The notes below the pieces were generated by a model, which did not search any database, was not told where the DNA came from, and saw nothing but the letters and a program-made list of their open reading frames with translations. From a bacterium (lineage in GTDB: Bacteria; Joyebacterota; Joyebacteria; Joyebacterales; Joyebacteraceae), in assembly GCA_025774245.1 (NCBI GenBank), contig JALGWI010000003.1, forward strand, positions 14,866 through 78,865: 64,000 nt of DNA. The letters are read 5' to 3'. A program made the position numbers and the translations under genes. Below are positions 34,575 to 44,328 of this stretch, one piece after another (the stretch's first letter is position 1; each line of letters opens with the position of its first letter).

Positions 34575-35807
34575 TCAGAGGAGCGCCCGGCGCAGCATGT
34601 CGAGCGCCGCCTGGGCCGCCATCTCGCGGACGGTGTCGCGTCCTCCCGAGAAGCGGAAGCGCTCGACGCGCTCGCCGCGATCCCACGAGACTGCGACGAA
34701 GACCAGGCCGAGCGGCTTCTCGTCGTCCCCACCTCCCGGGCCCGCGATCCCCGTGATCGCGACGCCGTAGTCCGAGTGCGCCTTGTCCCGCACACCCTCG
34801 GCCATCTCGAGCGCGGCCTCCTCCGAGACGGCCCCGTGGTCCTTGAGCGTCTTTACGCGAACGCCCAGGAGCCTCTTCTTGAGGTCGTCCGAGTAGGCGA
34901 TGACTCCTCCGACGAAGTACTCCGAGCTGCCCGGGATCCTCGTGAGCCGCCAGCCGAGCCTGCCGCCGGTACACGACTCCGCGACGGCGACCGTCTTCTT
35001 GCCCATCTGGAGCAGGTAGCCGACCACCTGCTCGATCGGCTCCTCCCCGGTCGCGTAGACCGCGTTGCCGAGCTTCTCGCCGATCCGCTCCGCGGCGTCG
35101 TCGGCCGTCCTTCGCGCCTCTGCCGGCGTGTCGCCACGGCAGATGACGCGCACGTCGACGCCCGTGGCCGACGCCGTGTAGGCGATCTCGGTGCGCGCGA
35201 GTTTCCTCGTCAGCCCCTCGATCTCCTCGGCGATCGCAGACTCGGGGACGCCGGTCGTCCTCAGGATCCGCTCCTCGGTGAGCCGCCTGAGCCCCCTCCC
35301 CTCGAGGAACGGGACGACGTACGATTCGACCATCCGCTTCATCTCGGCGGGCACCCCCGGCAGGACGAAGAAGAGTGTCCGGTCCTGCTCCATCAGGAGC
35401 CCCGGCGCGGTTCCGATCGTGTTCTCGATGGCTCGCGCCCCCTCCGGGATCATCGCCTGCGCGACGTTGATCTCCGGCATCGGCCTGCCGAGTTCCTCGA
35501 AGTGCGCGGCGATCCGCTCGAGCGTGTCGTCGTCGAGCACGAGGCTTCGTCCGAGGACCCTCGCCACGACGTGCTTCGTGCGGTCGTCGCTCGTAGGGCC
35601 GAGGCCGCCCGTCGTGATGACGACGTCGGCGTCGCCGAGCGCGCGAAGCAGGACCTCCTCGATGGCCTTGGGGTCGTCGGGAACGGTCGTCGCCCTCGTC
35701 ACGTCCGCTCCCAGGGCGGCGAGCCTCGCTCCGAGGTGGGACGTGTTCGTGTCGACGCGGCCGCCGTCGAGGAGCTCACGACCGATGGTGACAATCTCCG
35801 CCTTCAC
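34575..35807 (-). CDS. cinA: Competence/damage-inducible protein CinA (NMN deamidase domain)
   Basis: TGGLGPT.DD.T, GTAPG, LPGVP.EM, AESCTGG, HGAVS, TGIAGPGG. Confidence 0.94.
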   Translation of the reverse strand: MKAEIVTIGRELLDGGRVDTNTSHLGARLAALGADVTRATTVPDDPKAIEEVLLRALGDADVVITTGGLGPTSDDRTKHVVARVLGRSLVLDDDTLERIAAHFEELGRPMPEINVAQAMIPEGARAIENTIGTAPGLLMEQDRTLFFVLPGVPAEMKRMVESYVVPFLEGRGLRRLTEERILRTTGVPESAIAEEIEGLTRKLARTEIAYTASATGVDVRVICRGDTPAEARRTADDAAERIGEKLGNAVYATGEEPIEQVVGYLLQMGKKTVAVAESCTGGRLGWRLTRIPGSSEYFVGGVIAYSDDLKKRLLGVRVKTLKDHGAVSEEAALEMAEGVRDKAHSDYGVAITGIAGPGGGDDEKPLGLVFVAVSWDRGERVERFRFSGGRDTVREMAAQAALDMLRRALL

Positions 35808-35832
35808 GGTGACACCGTCCGGGAGGCCGCGG

Positions 35833-36330
35833 CTACCAGCCGCGGAAGAGGAGCATGAGCCTGACAAGGATGTTCGCGTAGACGCCTGCGATGACGTCGT
35901 CCATCACGATGCCGAGCCCGCCGGGGAGGGATTCGGCTCGGTCTGCGGGGAACGGCTTCAGAATGTCGGCGACTCTGAACAGCAGGAACGCCACGGCGTA
36001 GACCAGCAGCGTCTTCGGGAGGAGCAGGATCGCGATCAGGAAACCGGCCCACTCGTCGACGACGATCTTCGACGCGTCCTTTCCGAACGACGTCTCGGCG
36101 ATGCCTGCCGCCCAGACCGAGAGCGCGAGGAAGGCCACGACGGTCAATAGGTGCACGGCGATCGCCAGAGGCGGACTCGCGGACGTGATCTCGGGGGCGA
36201 TGAACCAGAGGAGCACAGCGCACCCGAACGCACCGACCGTTCCCGGGGCCACGGGGGCGTATCCCAGGAACCCGCCGGTCGCGATGAGCCTGACGAGCGG
36301 TGAGAGCCGGGGCGGCGTTCCGTTCGTCAT
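35833..36330 (-). CDS. pgpA: Phosphatidylglycerophosphatase A
   Basis: APGT.G, IVVDE..G, FR..DI.KPFP, GG.GIVMDD..AG. Confidence 0.93.
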   Translation of the reverse strand: MTNGTPPRLSPLVRLIATGGFLGYAPVAPGTVGAFGCAVLLWFIAPEITSASPPLAIAVHLLTVVAFLALSVWAAGIAETSFGKDASKIVVDEWAGFLIAILLLPKTLLVYAVAFLLFRVADILKPFPADRAESLPGGLGIVMDDVIAGVYANILVRLMLLFRGW

Positions 36331-36336
36331 CTCCTC

Positions 36337-36942
36337 CTAGCTCCTCTCTCCTCGCTCCGCGCGCGCGACGCTGTCCCCCGCGCCGGCGACGCCCCGCCCG
36401 CTCAGGAGGTACTCGGCACCGGAGACGATCGTCAGCACGACGGCGCAGGCGCCCATGATCCACAGGACGGTCTCGATGTGCGTCGAGAGGGAGGGCGTCA
36501 AGGGGGTGCCCACGCTCGACCGGACAGTGAGATAGAGGAGGATCGCGGCGATCCAGGCCATCTGCGAAGCGGTCTTCCACTGCGCGATCCGGCTCGTGAC
36601 GAAACCCTCGCCGCTCTTCAAGACCCCGGTGCGACATCCGAGTATCAGGAGCTCTCGCCCAACGATGGCCGCGACCATCCAGATCCGCATGTACGGGAGA
36701 CCGAGAAAGAGGAGCCCGAAGAGGACGAGCGAAACGAGCACCTTGTCGGCCAGGGGATCCATGAGCTTGCCGAACTCGGTGACGTTGTTCGAGCGGCGCG
36801 CGAGGTACCCGTCCCAGAGGTCGGTGAGCATCGCGACCAGGAAGAGGTAGAACGCCAGCCGCACGGCGCCCGCGAGCAGGCAGATCAGAACTACCGGCCC
36901 CAGGATGAGGCGCCCGACGGTCAATCCGTTCGGCCAGTTCAT
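36337..36942 (-). CDS. pgsA: CDP-diacylglycerol--glycerol-3-phosphate 3-phosphatidyltransferase
   Basis: PN.LT..R, TD.WDGYLAR, GK.MDPLADK. Confidence 0.92.
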   Translation of the reverse strand: MNWPNGLTVGRLILGPVVLICLLAGAVRLAFYLFLVAMLTDLWDGYLARRSNNVTEFGKLMDPLADKVLVSLVLFGLLFLGLPYMRIWMVAAIVGRELLILGCRTGVLKSGEGFVTSRIAQWKTASQMAWIAAILLYLTVRSSVGTPLTPSLSTHIETVLWIMGACAVVLTIVSGAEYLLSGRGVAGAGDSVARAERGERS

Positions 36943-37013
36943 GGTTCCTCACGCGCTCTGAGGAAGCGGTCCTCGCGAGCCTCCGTTCGGTCCCGCGTCC
37001 GCCCGCCTACCGC

Positions 37014-37943
37014 CTACGACTGGGTGAGCTCCTCCCGCTTGAGGAGCCACGCCCAGTTGCGGTCCACTTCCTCCTGGATCTCGTCGATGATGTGCTTGTT
37101 CTGTTCCTTGAAGAGGTGGCGGAATCTCCCCTGCCCCTCCATCCACTTCGCGACAGGGATCTTCTCCTTCGGCTTCCGGGTCACCTTGAACTTGCCGTGC
37201 TCGACCTCGAAGAGCGGCCAGAAACAGGTCTCGACGGCGAGCCTGGCGACCTCCATCGACTCCTCCATCGGGTACCGCCAGCCCCTCGTACAGGGAGTCA
37301 GGATGTTCATGAACGCCGGGCCGTCGATCGCGAGCGCCTTCTCGACCTTGTCCGAGAGGTCCTTTGGGAAACCAGGAGTGGCCTGAGCCACGTAGGGGAT
37401 CCTGTGCGCGATCATGATCTCGGTCAGCGGTTTCGGGAACTCCTTCTTCCCGGGGACGACCTTCCCCACAGGAGTGGTCGACGTCGCGGTGCCCTTCGGC
37501 GTCCCGCCCGACCTCTGGATGCCCGTGTTCATGTAGGCTTCGTTGTCGTAGCAGATGTAGAGCATGTTGTGTCCGCGCTCCATCGCACCCGAGAGAGCCT
37601 GGAGCCCGATGTCGTACGTGCCCCCGTCGCCTGCGAACGCGATGAAGTTGATCTTCTTGTCGATCTTCCCCTGCCGTCGGAGCGACCTGTAGGCCGCTTC
37701 CGCACCCGATATCGTCGCCGCGGAGTTCTCGAAGGCGCTGTGGATGAAAGGCGTGCGCCAGGCGGTGTAGGGGTAGATCGTTGTTACCACCTCGACGCAT
37801 CCAGTCGCGCAGCCGCAGACCGTGTCCTTGCCCGCCGTCAGGAGCGTCTGTCTCATCGCCGTCATCGGCAGGCAACCCGCGCACGCGCGGTGCCCGCCGG
37901 CCATGAGCTCCTTCCGCCCCGCCAGTTGTTTGACGCCCGGCAT
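37014..37943 (-). CDS. porB: Pyruvate/2-oxoacid:ferredoxin oxidoreductase beta subunit
   Basis: GHRAC.GC, TGC.EV, GDGGT.DIG.Q, YDNEAYMNTG.Q. Confidence 0.93.
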   Translation of the reverse strand: MPGVKQLAGRKELMAGGHRACAGCLPMTAMRQTLLTAGKDTVCGCATGCVEVVTTIYPYTAWRTPFIHSAFENSAATISGAEAAYRSLRRQGKIDKKINFIAFAGDGGTYDIGLQALSGAMERGHNMLYICYDNEAYMNTGIQRSGGTPKGTATSTTPVGKVVPGKKEFPKPLTEIMIAHRIPYVAQATPGFPKDLSDKVEKALAIDGPAFMNILTPCTRGWRYPMEESMEVARLAVETCFWPLFEVEHGKFKVTRKPKEKIPVAKWMEGQGRFRHLFKEQNKHIIDEIQEEVDRNWAWLLKREELTQS

Positions 37944-37957
37944 CTGTGGTTCCCTCC

Positions 37958-39136
37958 CTATTCTCTCAGTCCAAGAAAGCGGATGTTATCGGTCGGCGTT
38001 CCCTTGACGGCGATCGTCTCGAGGTCCTTGAAGACCGATCGGATGTGGTCCATGGAGACGTCCCGGCCGCCGAGGCCGTAGATGTAGTTCACGAGTCCGA
38101 CGCCGCTGCTTCCGAAGAGCGCCGCCCTGATCTCCTTGTGCACCGGCCCGCCCGGGGCGCCGAACGACACCGACCGGTCGAGCACGGCGACCGCCTTCGC
38201 GTTCTTCAGACTCTCGGCGATCTCCAGCTCCGGGAACGGGCGGAAGCAGCGGATCTTGAGGAGTCCCGCCGCCGTCCCTTCTGCGCGAAGCTCGTCGATG
38301 ACGACCTTCGTGGTACCGGCCGTCGAGCCGAGCGCCATGATCACAAGCTCGGCGTCGTCGAGCCTGTAGGCCTCCAGCATGTCGTAGGAACGGCCGGAGA
38401 GCTCGTCGAAGAGCTTCCCGACCTCCTTCACGGCCGCCCGCGCGTTACGCATCGCCTCGACCTGCTGGCGCTTGTGCTCGAAATAGTAGTCCTGAAGGTC
38501 GAGCGGGCCGAAGGTCATCGGCTGGTCCGTGTCGAGGAGGCTGTACTTCGGTTTGTACTCGCCGACCCACTTCTTCACGACGTTGTCCTCGAGACCGTCG
38601 AGGACCTCCGCCGTGTGGCTGAGGATGAAGCCGTCGAACGTGACCATGACGGGGAGGAGGACGTCGGGCGTCTCCGCGATCCGCACGGCCTGGATGACGT
38701 TGTCGTAGACCTCCTGCGCGTTCTCCGAATAGAGCTGGATCCAGCCCGTGTCGCGACAGCCCATCGTGTCGCTGTGGTCGCAGTGGATGTTGATCGGCCC
38801 CGAGAGCGCGCGGTTCACGACCGGCATCACGATCGGCAGCCGGTACGACGCCGCGATGTAGACGATCTCCCACATGAGGGCCAGCCCGTTTGCCGAGGTG
38901 GCCGTCATCGCCCTCGCGCCCGCCGCCGCCGCCCCGACCGTCGCGCTCATCGCGCTGTGCTCCGACTCGACCAGCACGAACTCCGCCTTCACGTCTCCGT
39001 CAGCGACGTGCTCGGCGAACTTGTGCATGAGCTCCGTCTGCGGGGTGATCGGAAACGCGGCCACGACGTCGGGGTCGATCTGCCTCATCGCCTCGGCGGC
39101 CGCGTCGTTCCCCGTCAGGATGAGTCTTCTGCCCAC
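37958..39136 (-). CDS. porA: Pyruvate/2-oxoacid:ferredoxin oxidoreductase alpha subunit
   Basis: PITPQT, VESEHSA, NRAL..P.NI..DHSD, FRPFP. Confidence 0.93.
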   Translation of the reverse strand: MGRRLILTGNDAAAEAMRQIDPDVVAAFPITPQTELMHKFAEHVADGDVKAEFVLVESEHSAMSATVGAAAAGARAMTATSANGLALMWEIVYIAASYRLPIVMPVVNRALSGPINIHCDHSDTMGCRDTGWIQLYSENAQEVYDNVIQAVRIAETPDVLLPVMVTFDGFILSHTAEVLDGLEDNVVKKWVGEYKPKYSLLDTDQPMTFGPLDLQDYYFEHKRQQVEAMRNARAAVKEVGKLFDELSGRSYDMLEAYRLDDAELVIMALGSTAGTTKVVIDELRAEGTAAGLLKIRCFRPFPELEIAESLKNAKAVAVLDRSVSFGAPGGPVHKEIRAALFGSSGVGLVNYIYGLGGRDVSMDHIRSVFKDLETIAVKGTPTDNIRFLGLRE

Positions 39137-39190
39137 GTAGCGATCTCCCTTCAGATTCCAGAGGATTTGTTCCTGGCGTCGGCGCGAGCG

Positions 39191-39490
39191 TCAGCTCTTG
39201 TCGACGTCGGTCTCCAGTTTCATCTCGATTGACTTCGGATCGACCGGGCACTCGAACGCGCAGATGCCGCAGCCCTTGCAGTGCTCGTAGTCGATCCCGG
39301 TCATCTTGGCCTCGGCCACGAGGATGGACGAATCGGGGCACGCCACCCAGCACCGAAGGCAATGTATGCAGGTCTCCTCGTTCCAGATCGGCCGGTAGGT
39401 TCGCCACGAGCCCGTCTCGTAGGTCTCGGCGTTCCCCGCCTCCTCGATGGCGCCGCCGATCGGGATCTCAGTCCACGCCTTCTCTCTCAT
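39191..39490 (-). CDS. porD: Pyruvate/2-oxoacid:ferredoxin oxidoreductase delta subunit (2x[4Fe-4S])
   Basis: TGSWR..RP, CIHCLRC..ACP, CKGCGICA.ECP. Confidence 0.93.
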   Translation of the reverse strand: MREKAWTEIPIGGAIEEAGNAETYETGSWRTYRPIWNEETCIHCLRCWVACPDSSILVAEAKMTGIDYEHCKGCGICAFECPVDPKSIEMKLETDVDKS

Positions 39491-40059
39491 TCCTCCTCGA
39501 CCTCCTCGTAGGCTCTCCGGATCGCGCGCACGTTCCCCTCCAGCACCTCCGGCCTGAAACCGTGAGAGAACTTCTTCTTGATCTGGTCGATCACGGCCTC
39601 GAGCGACAGCACGCCCGAGGCCTTGATGAGGGCGCCGAGCATGGGCGAGTTCGGGATCGGTCGCCCGATCTCCTCAATGGCGATCCCCGTAGCATCGATC
39701 GTGAAGATCTTCCGCCCCTTGAGCTTGAGCTCCGCGCGCACGTCTCCCGCCGATCTCACCGTGTTCACGATCATGATGGCGTCCTCGGGCGTCCCCGACG
39801 CCACGTCGGCGGTCGAGAGAAGCGTGTCGTCGAGAACGACGACGATCGAGGGCGAGTAGACGGCGCAGTGCACCCTGATCGGGCCCGCGCTGATGCGGGT
39901 GAACCCGCGCATCGGCGCTCCCATTCTCTCGGGGCCGTAGTCCGGGAATCCCTGGCTGTACTTCCCCTCCATGGCGGCGGCCTCCGCCAGCAGCAGGGAC
40001 GCCGTCTTCGCTCCCTGCCCCCCGCGGCCGTGCCACCTGATCTCCAGCATCTCCGGCAT
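39487..40059 (-). CDS. porC: Pyruvate/2-oxoacid:ferredoxin oxidoreductase gamma subunit
   Basis: EIRWHGRGGQG, FP.YG.ER.GAP, PN..MLGA. Confidence 0.93.
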   Translation of the reverse strand: MPEMLEIRWHGRGGQGAKTASLLLAEAAAMEGKYSQGFPDYGPERMGAPMRGFTRISAGPIRVHCAVYSPSIVVVLDDTLLSTADVASGTPEDAIMIVNTVRSAGDVRAELKLKGRKIFTIDATGIAIEEIGRPIPNSPMLGALIKASGVLSLEAVIDQIKKKFSHGFRPEVLEGNVRAIRRAYEEVEEE

Positions 40060-40119
40060 GTGTGCTCCTCCGGGGAAACTCGTAAATGCCCGTAACGACG
40101 GTGAACAGACCGAATTTGT

Positions 40120-40148
40120 AACTTAGCATCCGCTCATGAGAGGGTCAA
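40120..40148 (-). promoter_or_regulatory. sigma70-type promoter of the por operon
   Basis: TTGACC-17 nt-TAAGTT about 60 bp upstream of porC. Confidence 0.6.
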
Positions 40149-40213
40149 GAAGAAAGGAAGCGCGGGAGAGCTGGGGTGCAGACCGTGGTCCGCGCGGGGA
40201 GTCGCGCGCCGGC

Positions 40214-40813
40214 TCAGAGCTCGCGCCGCTCCTCGAGGGCCGTCCCGAGTGTGAGCTCGTCGGCCAGCTCGAGGTCTCCGCCGACCGGGAGCCCGCTCGC
40301 GAGCTTCGTCACGCGCACTCCGGCGGGCGTCAGGAGCTTCGCGACGTAGAGGGAGGTCGCCTCCCCCTCCGCCGTGGGGTTCAGGGCGAGGATGATCTCC
40401 GAGAGGCCGCTTCCCCTGGCGCGATCGAGGAGCGCGTTCAGGCGGAGATCCTCGGGGCCCACGCCGTCGAGCGGCGAGAGGAGCCCGCCGAGCACGTGGT
40501 AGCGGCCGCGGAAGCGTCCGGTGCGCTCAAGCGCGAAAATGTCACTCCCGCGCTCGACGACGCACACGAGGCTCGCGTCGCGTCTGGCGTCGGTGCAGAT
40601 GCTGCAGGGGTCGTCCTCGGTGAGCCCCCCGCAGATCGAGCAGCTCTTCGTCCGCTCCCTGGCGTCGACGATCGCTCGGGCGAACTCGCGGCACTCCGCC
40701 TCCGACGAATCGATGAGCCTCAAGGCAATCCTCGTCGCCGACTTGCGGCCGATGCCCGGAAGCCGCGAAAAGAGGGCGATGAGCCTCTCGAGTGCGGGAG
40801 GAAGCGATGCCAC
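40214..40813 (-). CDS. recR: Recombination mediator RecR
   Basis: LPGIG.KSA.R, C..C....C..C zinc finger, YHVLGG.LSP, EGEAT, GLPVG. Confidence 0.96.
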   Translation of the reverse strand: MASLPPALERLIALFSRLPGIGRKSATRIALRLIDSSEAECREFARAIVDARERTKSCSICGGLTEDDPCSICTDARRDASLVCVVERGSDIFALERTGRFRGRYHVLGGLLSPLDGVGPEDLRLNALLDRARGSGLSEIILALNPTAEGEATSLYVAKLLTPAGVRVTKLASGLPVGGDLELADELTLGTALEERREL

Positions 40814-40864
40814 GGTGGGGCTCTCCTCGGTCAGGGGTCAGCCTCGGTCAGAGGTTGCGCTCGG

Positions 40865-41179
40865 TCAGAGGTTGCCCAGAGGAGGGATCATGCCGGTGAC
40901 CTTGGTCATCTCGCGGGCCGCGGTCTCGTCGGACTTCTGCTTCGCGTCGCGGAGGGCGGACAGGAGAAGGTCCTCGAGCATCTCGTTGTCGCCGCCCTCG
41001 AGCACCTCCGGGTCGATCGAGATCGAGATGACGTCGCGCTGACAGTTCATCTTGATCTTGATCGCGCCGCCGCCGGCGCTGCCTTCGACCTCCATCGTTG
41101 CGAGGCTCTCTCTCACGGCCTCGAGGCGCTTCTCGAGCTTCTGCGCCTCCTTCATCATCTTGTTGAGTCCCTTGCCCAT
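40865..41179 (-). CDS. ybaB: Nucleoid-associated protein YbaB/EbfC
   Basis: MMK.AQ, G.AGGG, I.IDP, MLEDL..A; dnaX-ybaB-recR synteny. Confidence 0.93.
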   Translation of the reverse strand: MGKGLNKMMKEAQKLEKRLEAVRESLATMEVEGSAGGGAIKIKMNCQRDVISISIDPEVLEGGDNEMLEDLLLSALRDAKQKSDETAAREMTKVTGMIPPLGNL

Positions 41180-41183
41180 GGGA

Positions 41184-42947
41184 TCAGCGCTCCTCTTTCT
41201 CCTGCGCGGTGATCTCGCCGTCGAAGATCTCGAGTACCTTCCTCACGACTGGGTCCTGCGACACGTCCGTCCCCGCGGCCGGCGCAGCCCCCGGACGTCC
41301 ACTCGGAGCGGGCCGCCCGCCCGTCGTGGGTGTCCCGCGTGCCGCCTCGGCGGGCGCCTGAGGGGGCACGCCGAAGGTGAAACCGAGCTTGACGGTGCCG
41401 CCGAAAATCTCGCTCGCTGCGCGCTCCATGAGCCGCATGTTGCCTCGGTCCCGGAGCTGGTCCTTGTGGAAACCGGATCCGTTGGGGACGAGGAGCTTCA
41501 TCGTTCCCCCTTCGGCGCCGGACGGGACCGCCTCTCCCAGAAACGCCGCCAACGCGGGCTTCTCGGCCCTGATCCTCTCGAGCACGTCCGGCCAGCGGGC
41601 GACGTCGATCGATGAGGCGGCGGCCACAGGTGCTGGCTTCTGGGCCACGGCCACGGCCGGTTGGTTGGCTCCTCCGGAGGGCGCCGAAGCCGCGGACGTC
41701 TTCCTGCGCGCGGTCCCGGTCCCGCGGGCCGCGCCTCCTCCCCCGGACTCGGTTCCGGTGCCGCCCGCAGCGCCGCCGGTTCGCGCGCCTCCTCCCGCAC
41801 CACCTCCCGCCGCGGGAGGGGCGTTCTCGATGGCCCGCACGACGTCCTCGATGTCGATCGCCCGCGCGAGCTTCGCCATGCGCAGAAGGGCGAGCTCCAC
41901 GATGAGTCCCGGCTGCGTGCTCCACTTTGCCGCGGCCTGGGCGTCGACCCCGATCCGGATGAGCCGCAAGAGCTCGTCCTCCGTGAGGGCCGTCGATGCG
42001 CCCTCGTGCTTCTTGTAGTCCGCGATTCTCCCGACGAGACGCTCGGGGGAAGGCGCCGCGGCGACGAGCAGCAGGTTCCTCAGGTGGTCGACGATTCCGT
42101 CGATCAGATCTCTGGGATCGAAGCCGGCGTCGAGGGCTCCCTCGAGCGCCCCGAGCGTCGCGCCGGTGTCGTGCTTCGCCACGGCGTCGCTCAGGGCGAA
42201 GAAGACGTCGATGTCCGGGATGCCGAGCACCGCCGCGACGTCGTCGACCGTGATCTCCTCCTTGCCGACGGAGATGAGCTGGTCCATGAGGCTCTCGGCG
42301 TCCCTCATGCTGCCGTCGGCCCTCGCCGCGACGAGCTTGATGGCGCCGTCGTCGATCTTGAACTTCTCCGCCTTCGAGATCTCCGTGAGGCGTCCCTCGA
42401 TCTCCGGCGAGGAGATCCGGTGGAAGTCGAACCTCTGGCAGCGCGACGTGATCGTGTCCGGTATCTTCCCCGGCTCCGTCGTGGCGAGAATGAAGACGAC
42501 GTGCGGCGGCGGCTCCTCGATCGTCTTGAGGAGCGCGTTGAAGGCCTCACGCGTCAGCATGTGCGCCTCGTCGATGATGTAGATCTTCATCCTTCCGGAG
42601 AGGGGCGCGTACTGCACGGTCTCCCTGATGCCGCGCGCGTCCTCGATCTTGCGATTCGAGGCGCCGTCGATCTCGATGACGTCGAGGCTCTTCCCGAGCG
42701 CGATCTCCCCGCACGACGAACACGTTCCACACGGCTCGTCGGTCGGGCCGTTCTCGCAGTTCAGGGCCTTGGCGAGGATCCTCGCGACGGTCGTCTTGCC
42801 GACGCCGCGGGGACCGGCGAACAGGTAGGCGTGTGCGATGCGGTCGGCCTTCACCGCGGCCGCGAGGGTCAGCACGACGTGCTTCTGCCCCACGACATCG
42901 GAGAACGACTCCGGCCGCCACTTTCTGGCGAGCACGAGGTAGGACAT
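41184..42947 (-). CDS. dnaX: DNA polymerase III subunit gamma/tau
   Basis: MSYLVLARKWRP, GPRGVGKTT, IDEAHML, SRCQ.F, GSMRDA. Confidence 0.97.
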   Translation of the reverse strand: MSYLVLARKWRPESFSDVVGQKHVVLTLAAAVKADRIAHAYLFAGPRGVGKTTVARILAKALNCENGPTDEPCGTCSSCGEIALGKSLDVIEIDGASNRKIEDARGIRETVQYAPLSGRMKIYIIDEAHMLTREAFNALLKTIEEPPPHVVFILATTEPGKIPDTITSRCQRFDFHRISSPEIEGRLTEISKAEKFKIDDGAIKLVAARADGSMRDAESLMDQLISVGKEEITVDDVAAVLGIPDIDVFFALSDAVAKHDTGATLGALEGALDAGFDPRDLIDGIVDHLRNLLLVAAAPSPERLVGRIADYKKHEGASTALTEDELLRLIRIGVDAQAAAKWSTQPGLIVELALLRMAKLARAIDIEDVVRAIENAPPAAGGGAGGGARTGGAAGGTGTESGGGGAARGTGTARRKTSAASAPSGGANQPAVAVAQKPAPVAAASSIDVARWPDVLERIRAEKPALAAFLGEAVPSGAEGGTMKLLVPNGSGFHKDQLRDRGNMRLMERAASEIFGGTVKLGFTFGVPPQAPAEAARGTPTTGGRPAPSGRPGAAPAAGTDVSQDPVVRKVLEIFDGEITAQEKEER

Positions 42948-42989
42948 GGCAGTCCTCGTTCGGAACGGGAGAGAAAGGACCCTCTGCTC

Positions 42990-43257
42990 TGGCACGCGTC
43001 CGCCTCGACCTCCGCACCCGGAGAGGACGAGGTCAGTTGGCTCCAGTCAAGCTCCCCCGCGGCACACCGAGGAACCAGCTTACGGCTGCTGCCTCCCGGC
43101 CCTGACCGGATTCACCGGGCTCGGTTGCGCGGGACCTGACCTTCAACGCTACTTCTCCGCGCTCCCTGCCGGACACAGGAGGCCTCGAGCAGATGTTCGA
43201 CCCCGCTGTAGCGGATTGCGGGTCACAGGGCACCGCTAGTTCCCCGTCTAGCGCGCC
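42990..43257 (-). ncRNA. ffs: Signal recognition particle RNA, large (Alu-domain) type; ends approximate
   Basis: Minus strand: gcgctagacggggaactagcggtgccctgtgacccgcaatccgctacagcgggg (Bacillus-like Alu 5' domain) and gtcagggccgggaggcagcagc (helix 8); directly upstream of dnaX. Confidence 0.9.
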
Positions 43258-43331
43258 AGAGCAGAAGGCCCTTCTGAGATCTCACGGCCCCGGGGCCGCC
43301 TCGAGTTCGATCGAGAGGCCCCGGGGAAAGC

Positions 43332-43407
43332 TGGTGGAGATGAGCGGGCTCGAACCGCCGGCCTCTGCCTTGCGAAGGCAGCGCTCTCCCAACTGAGCTA
43401 CATCCCC
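43332..43407 (-). tRNA. tRNA-Ala (anticodon CGC)
   Basis: ggggatgtagctcagttgggagagcgctgcc-tt-cgc-aa-ggcag...ggttcgagccc...tccacca; G3:U70 pair. Confidence 0.95.
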
Positions 43408-43436
43408 AGGCGGTATGGTTGTCAATACTGCGCAGC

Positions 43437-43527
<91 letters not shown>

Positions 43528-43538
43528 GGCGAGTGTCC

Positions 43539-43629
43539 TGGCGGTGGGGGTGGGATTCGAACCCACGGTACCCAGAGGGTACAACGGTTTTCGAGACCGT
43601 CACGATCGACCAGACTCCGTCACCCCACC
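43539..43629 (-). tRNA. tRNA-Ser (anticodon CGA)
   Basis: ggtggggtgacggag...acggt-ct-cga-aa-accgt, long variable arm, CCA. Confidence 0.93.
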
Positions 43630-43657
43630 GTGGTCTTCGTCCGCGTGCGCGATGGCC

Positions 43658-44098
43658 TCACCCGCCGTGCGTCCGGATCCTCCCGAAGAAGCCAGAGACG
43701 AGCGCAGAACACTCGTCGGCCCTGACGCCCGACGTGATGGCCACCCTGTGGTTCAGACGCGGGTCGTCGGCGATGTTCCCGAGCGACCCCGCGTATCCCG
43801 CCTTCGGGTCGTCGCATCCGTAGACGAGACGTTTCAGTCGCGCCTGGACGATGGCGCCCGCGCACATCGGACAAGGCTCCATCGTAACGTAGATCGTCCC
43901 GTCGGTCAAGCGCGGCACCCCGAGCGCGCGACACGCGGCTCCGACGGCGATGATCTCCGCGTGCGCGGTCGGATCGCAGAGCGCCTCGGTGCTGTTGTGA
44001 CCGCGTCCCACCACCCGGCCGTCGACCACGACGACGGCGCCGACGGGTACCTCGTCGACCTCGACGGCGCGCTTCGCCTCGTCGAGGGCCGCGCCCAT
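43658..44098 (-). CDS. tadA: tRNA-specific adenosine deaminase (start may be slightly upstream)
   Basis: EVPVGAV, DPTAHAE, TMEPCPMCAGA, DPKAG. Confidence 0.94.
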   Translation of the reverse strand: MGAALDEAKRAVEVDEVPVGAVVVVDGRVVGRGHNSTEALCDPTAHAEIIAVGAACRALGVPRLTDGTIYVTMEPCPMCAGAIVQARLKRLVYGCDDPKAGYAGSLGNIADDPRLNHRVAITSGVRADECSALVSGFFGRIRTHGG

Positions 44099-44173
44099 CC
44101 ACCGCTCGTCTTCTTCCCGGCTCCTCTTCGTCGTGATCCTCCGTCGTGTGCGCCGGGGCCGCCGGCGACCTAC

Positions 44174-44202
44174 AACCTAGCAGCGGGCCTTCGGGCTGTC
44201 AA
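44174..44202 (-). promoter_or_regulatory. sigma70-type promoter for tadA-tRNA-SRP-dnaX
   Basis: TTGACA-17 nt-TAGGTT. Confidence 0.65.
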
Positions 44203-44239
44203 CCCGGGAGGCCGGTCCGTGAGTGCGGGCCGGGAACGC

Positions 44240-44275
44240 GAAACCCCCGGCGGCGCGGGGCGCCTCCCGGGGGCG
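44240..44275 (-). terminator. Probable terminator hairpin after the diguanylate cyclase gene
   Basis: Minus strand cccccggg...ggcgc-ccc-gcgcc...ccggggg-tttc. Confidence 0.45.
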
Positions 44276-44328
44276 TGGGACTCTCGGACATCGGCTCCCG
44301 CGGCGCCCGGTTCGGGCACCGCGCGGGC

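Noticed and set aside
41184-42947. Programmed frameshift or slippage in dnaX
   Set aside because: No A-AAA-AAG heptamer or poly-A run visible; ORF is continuous
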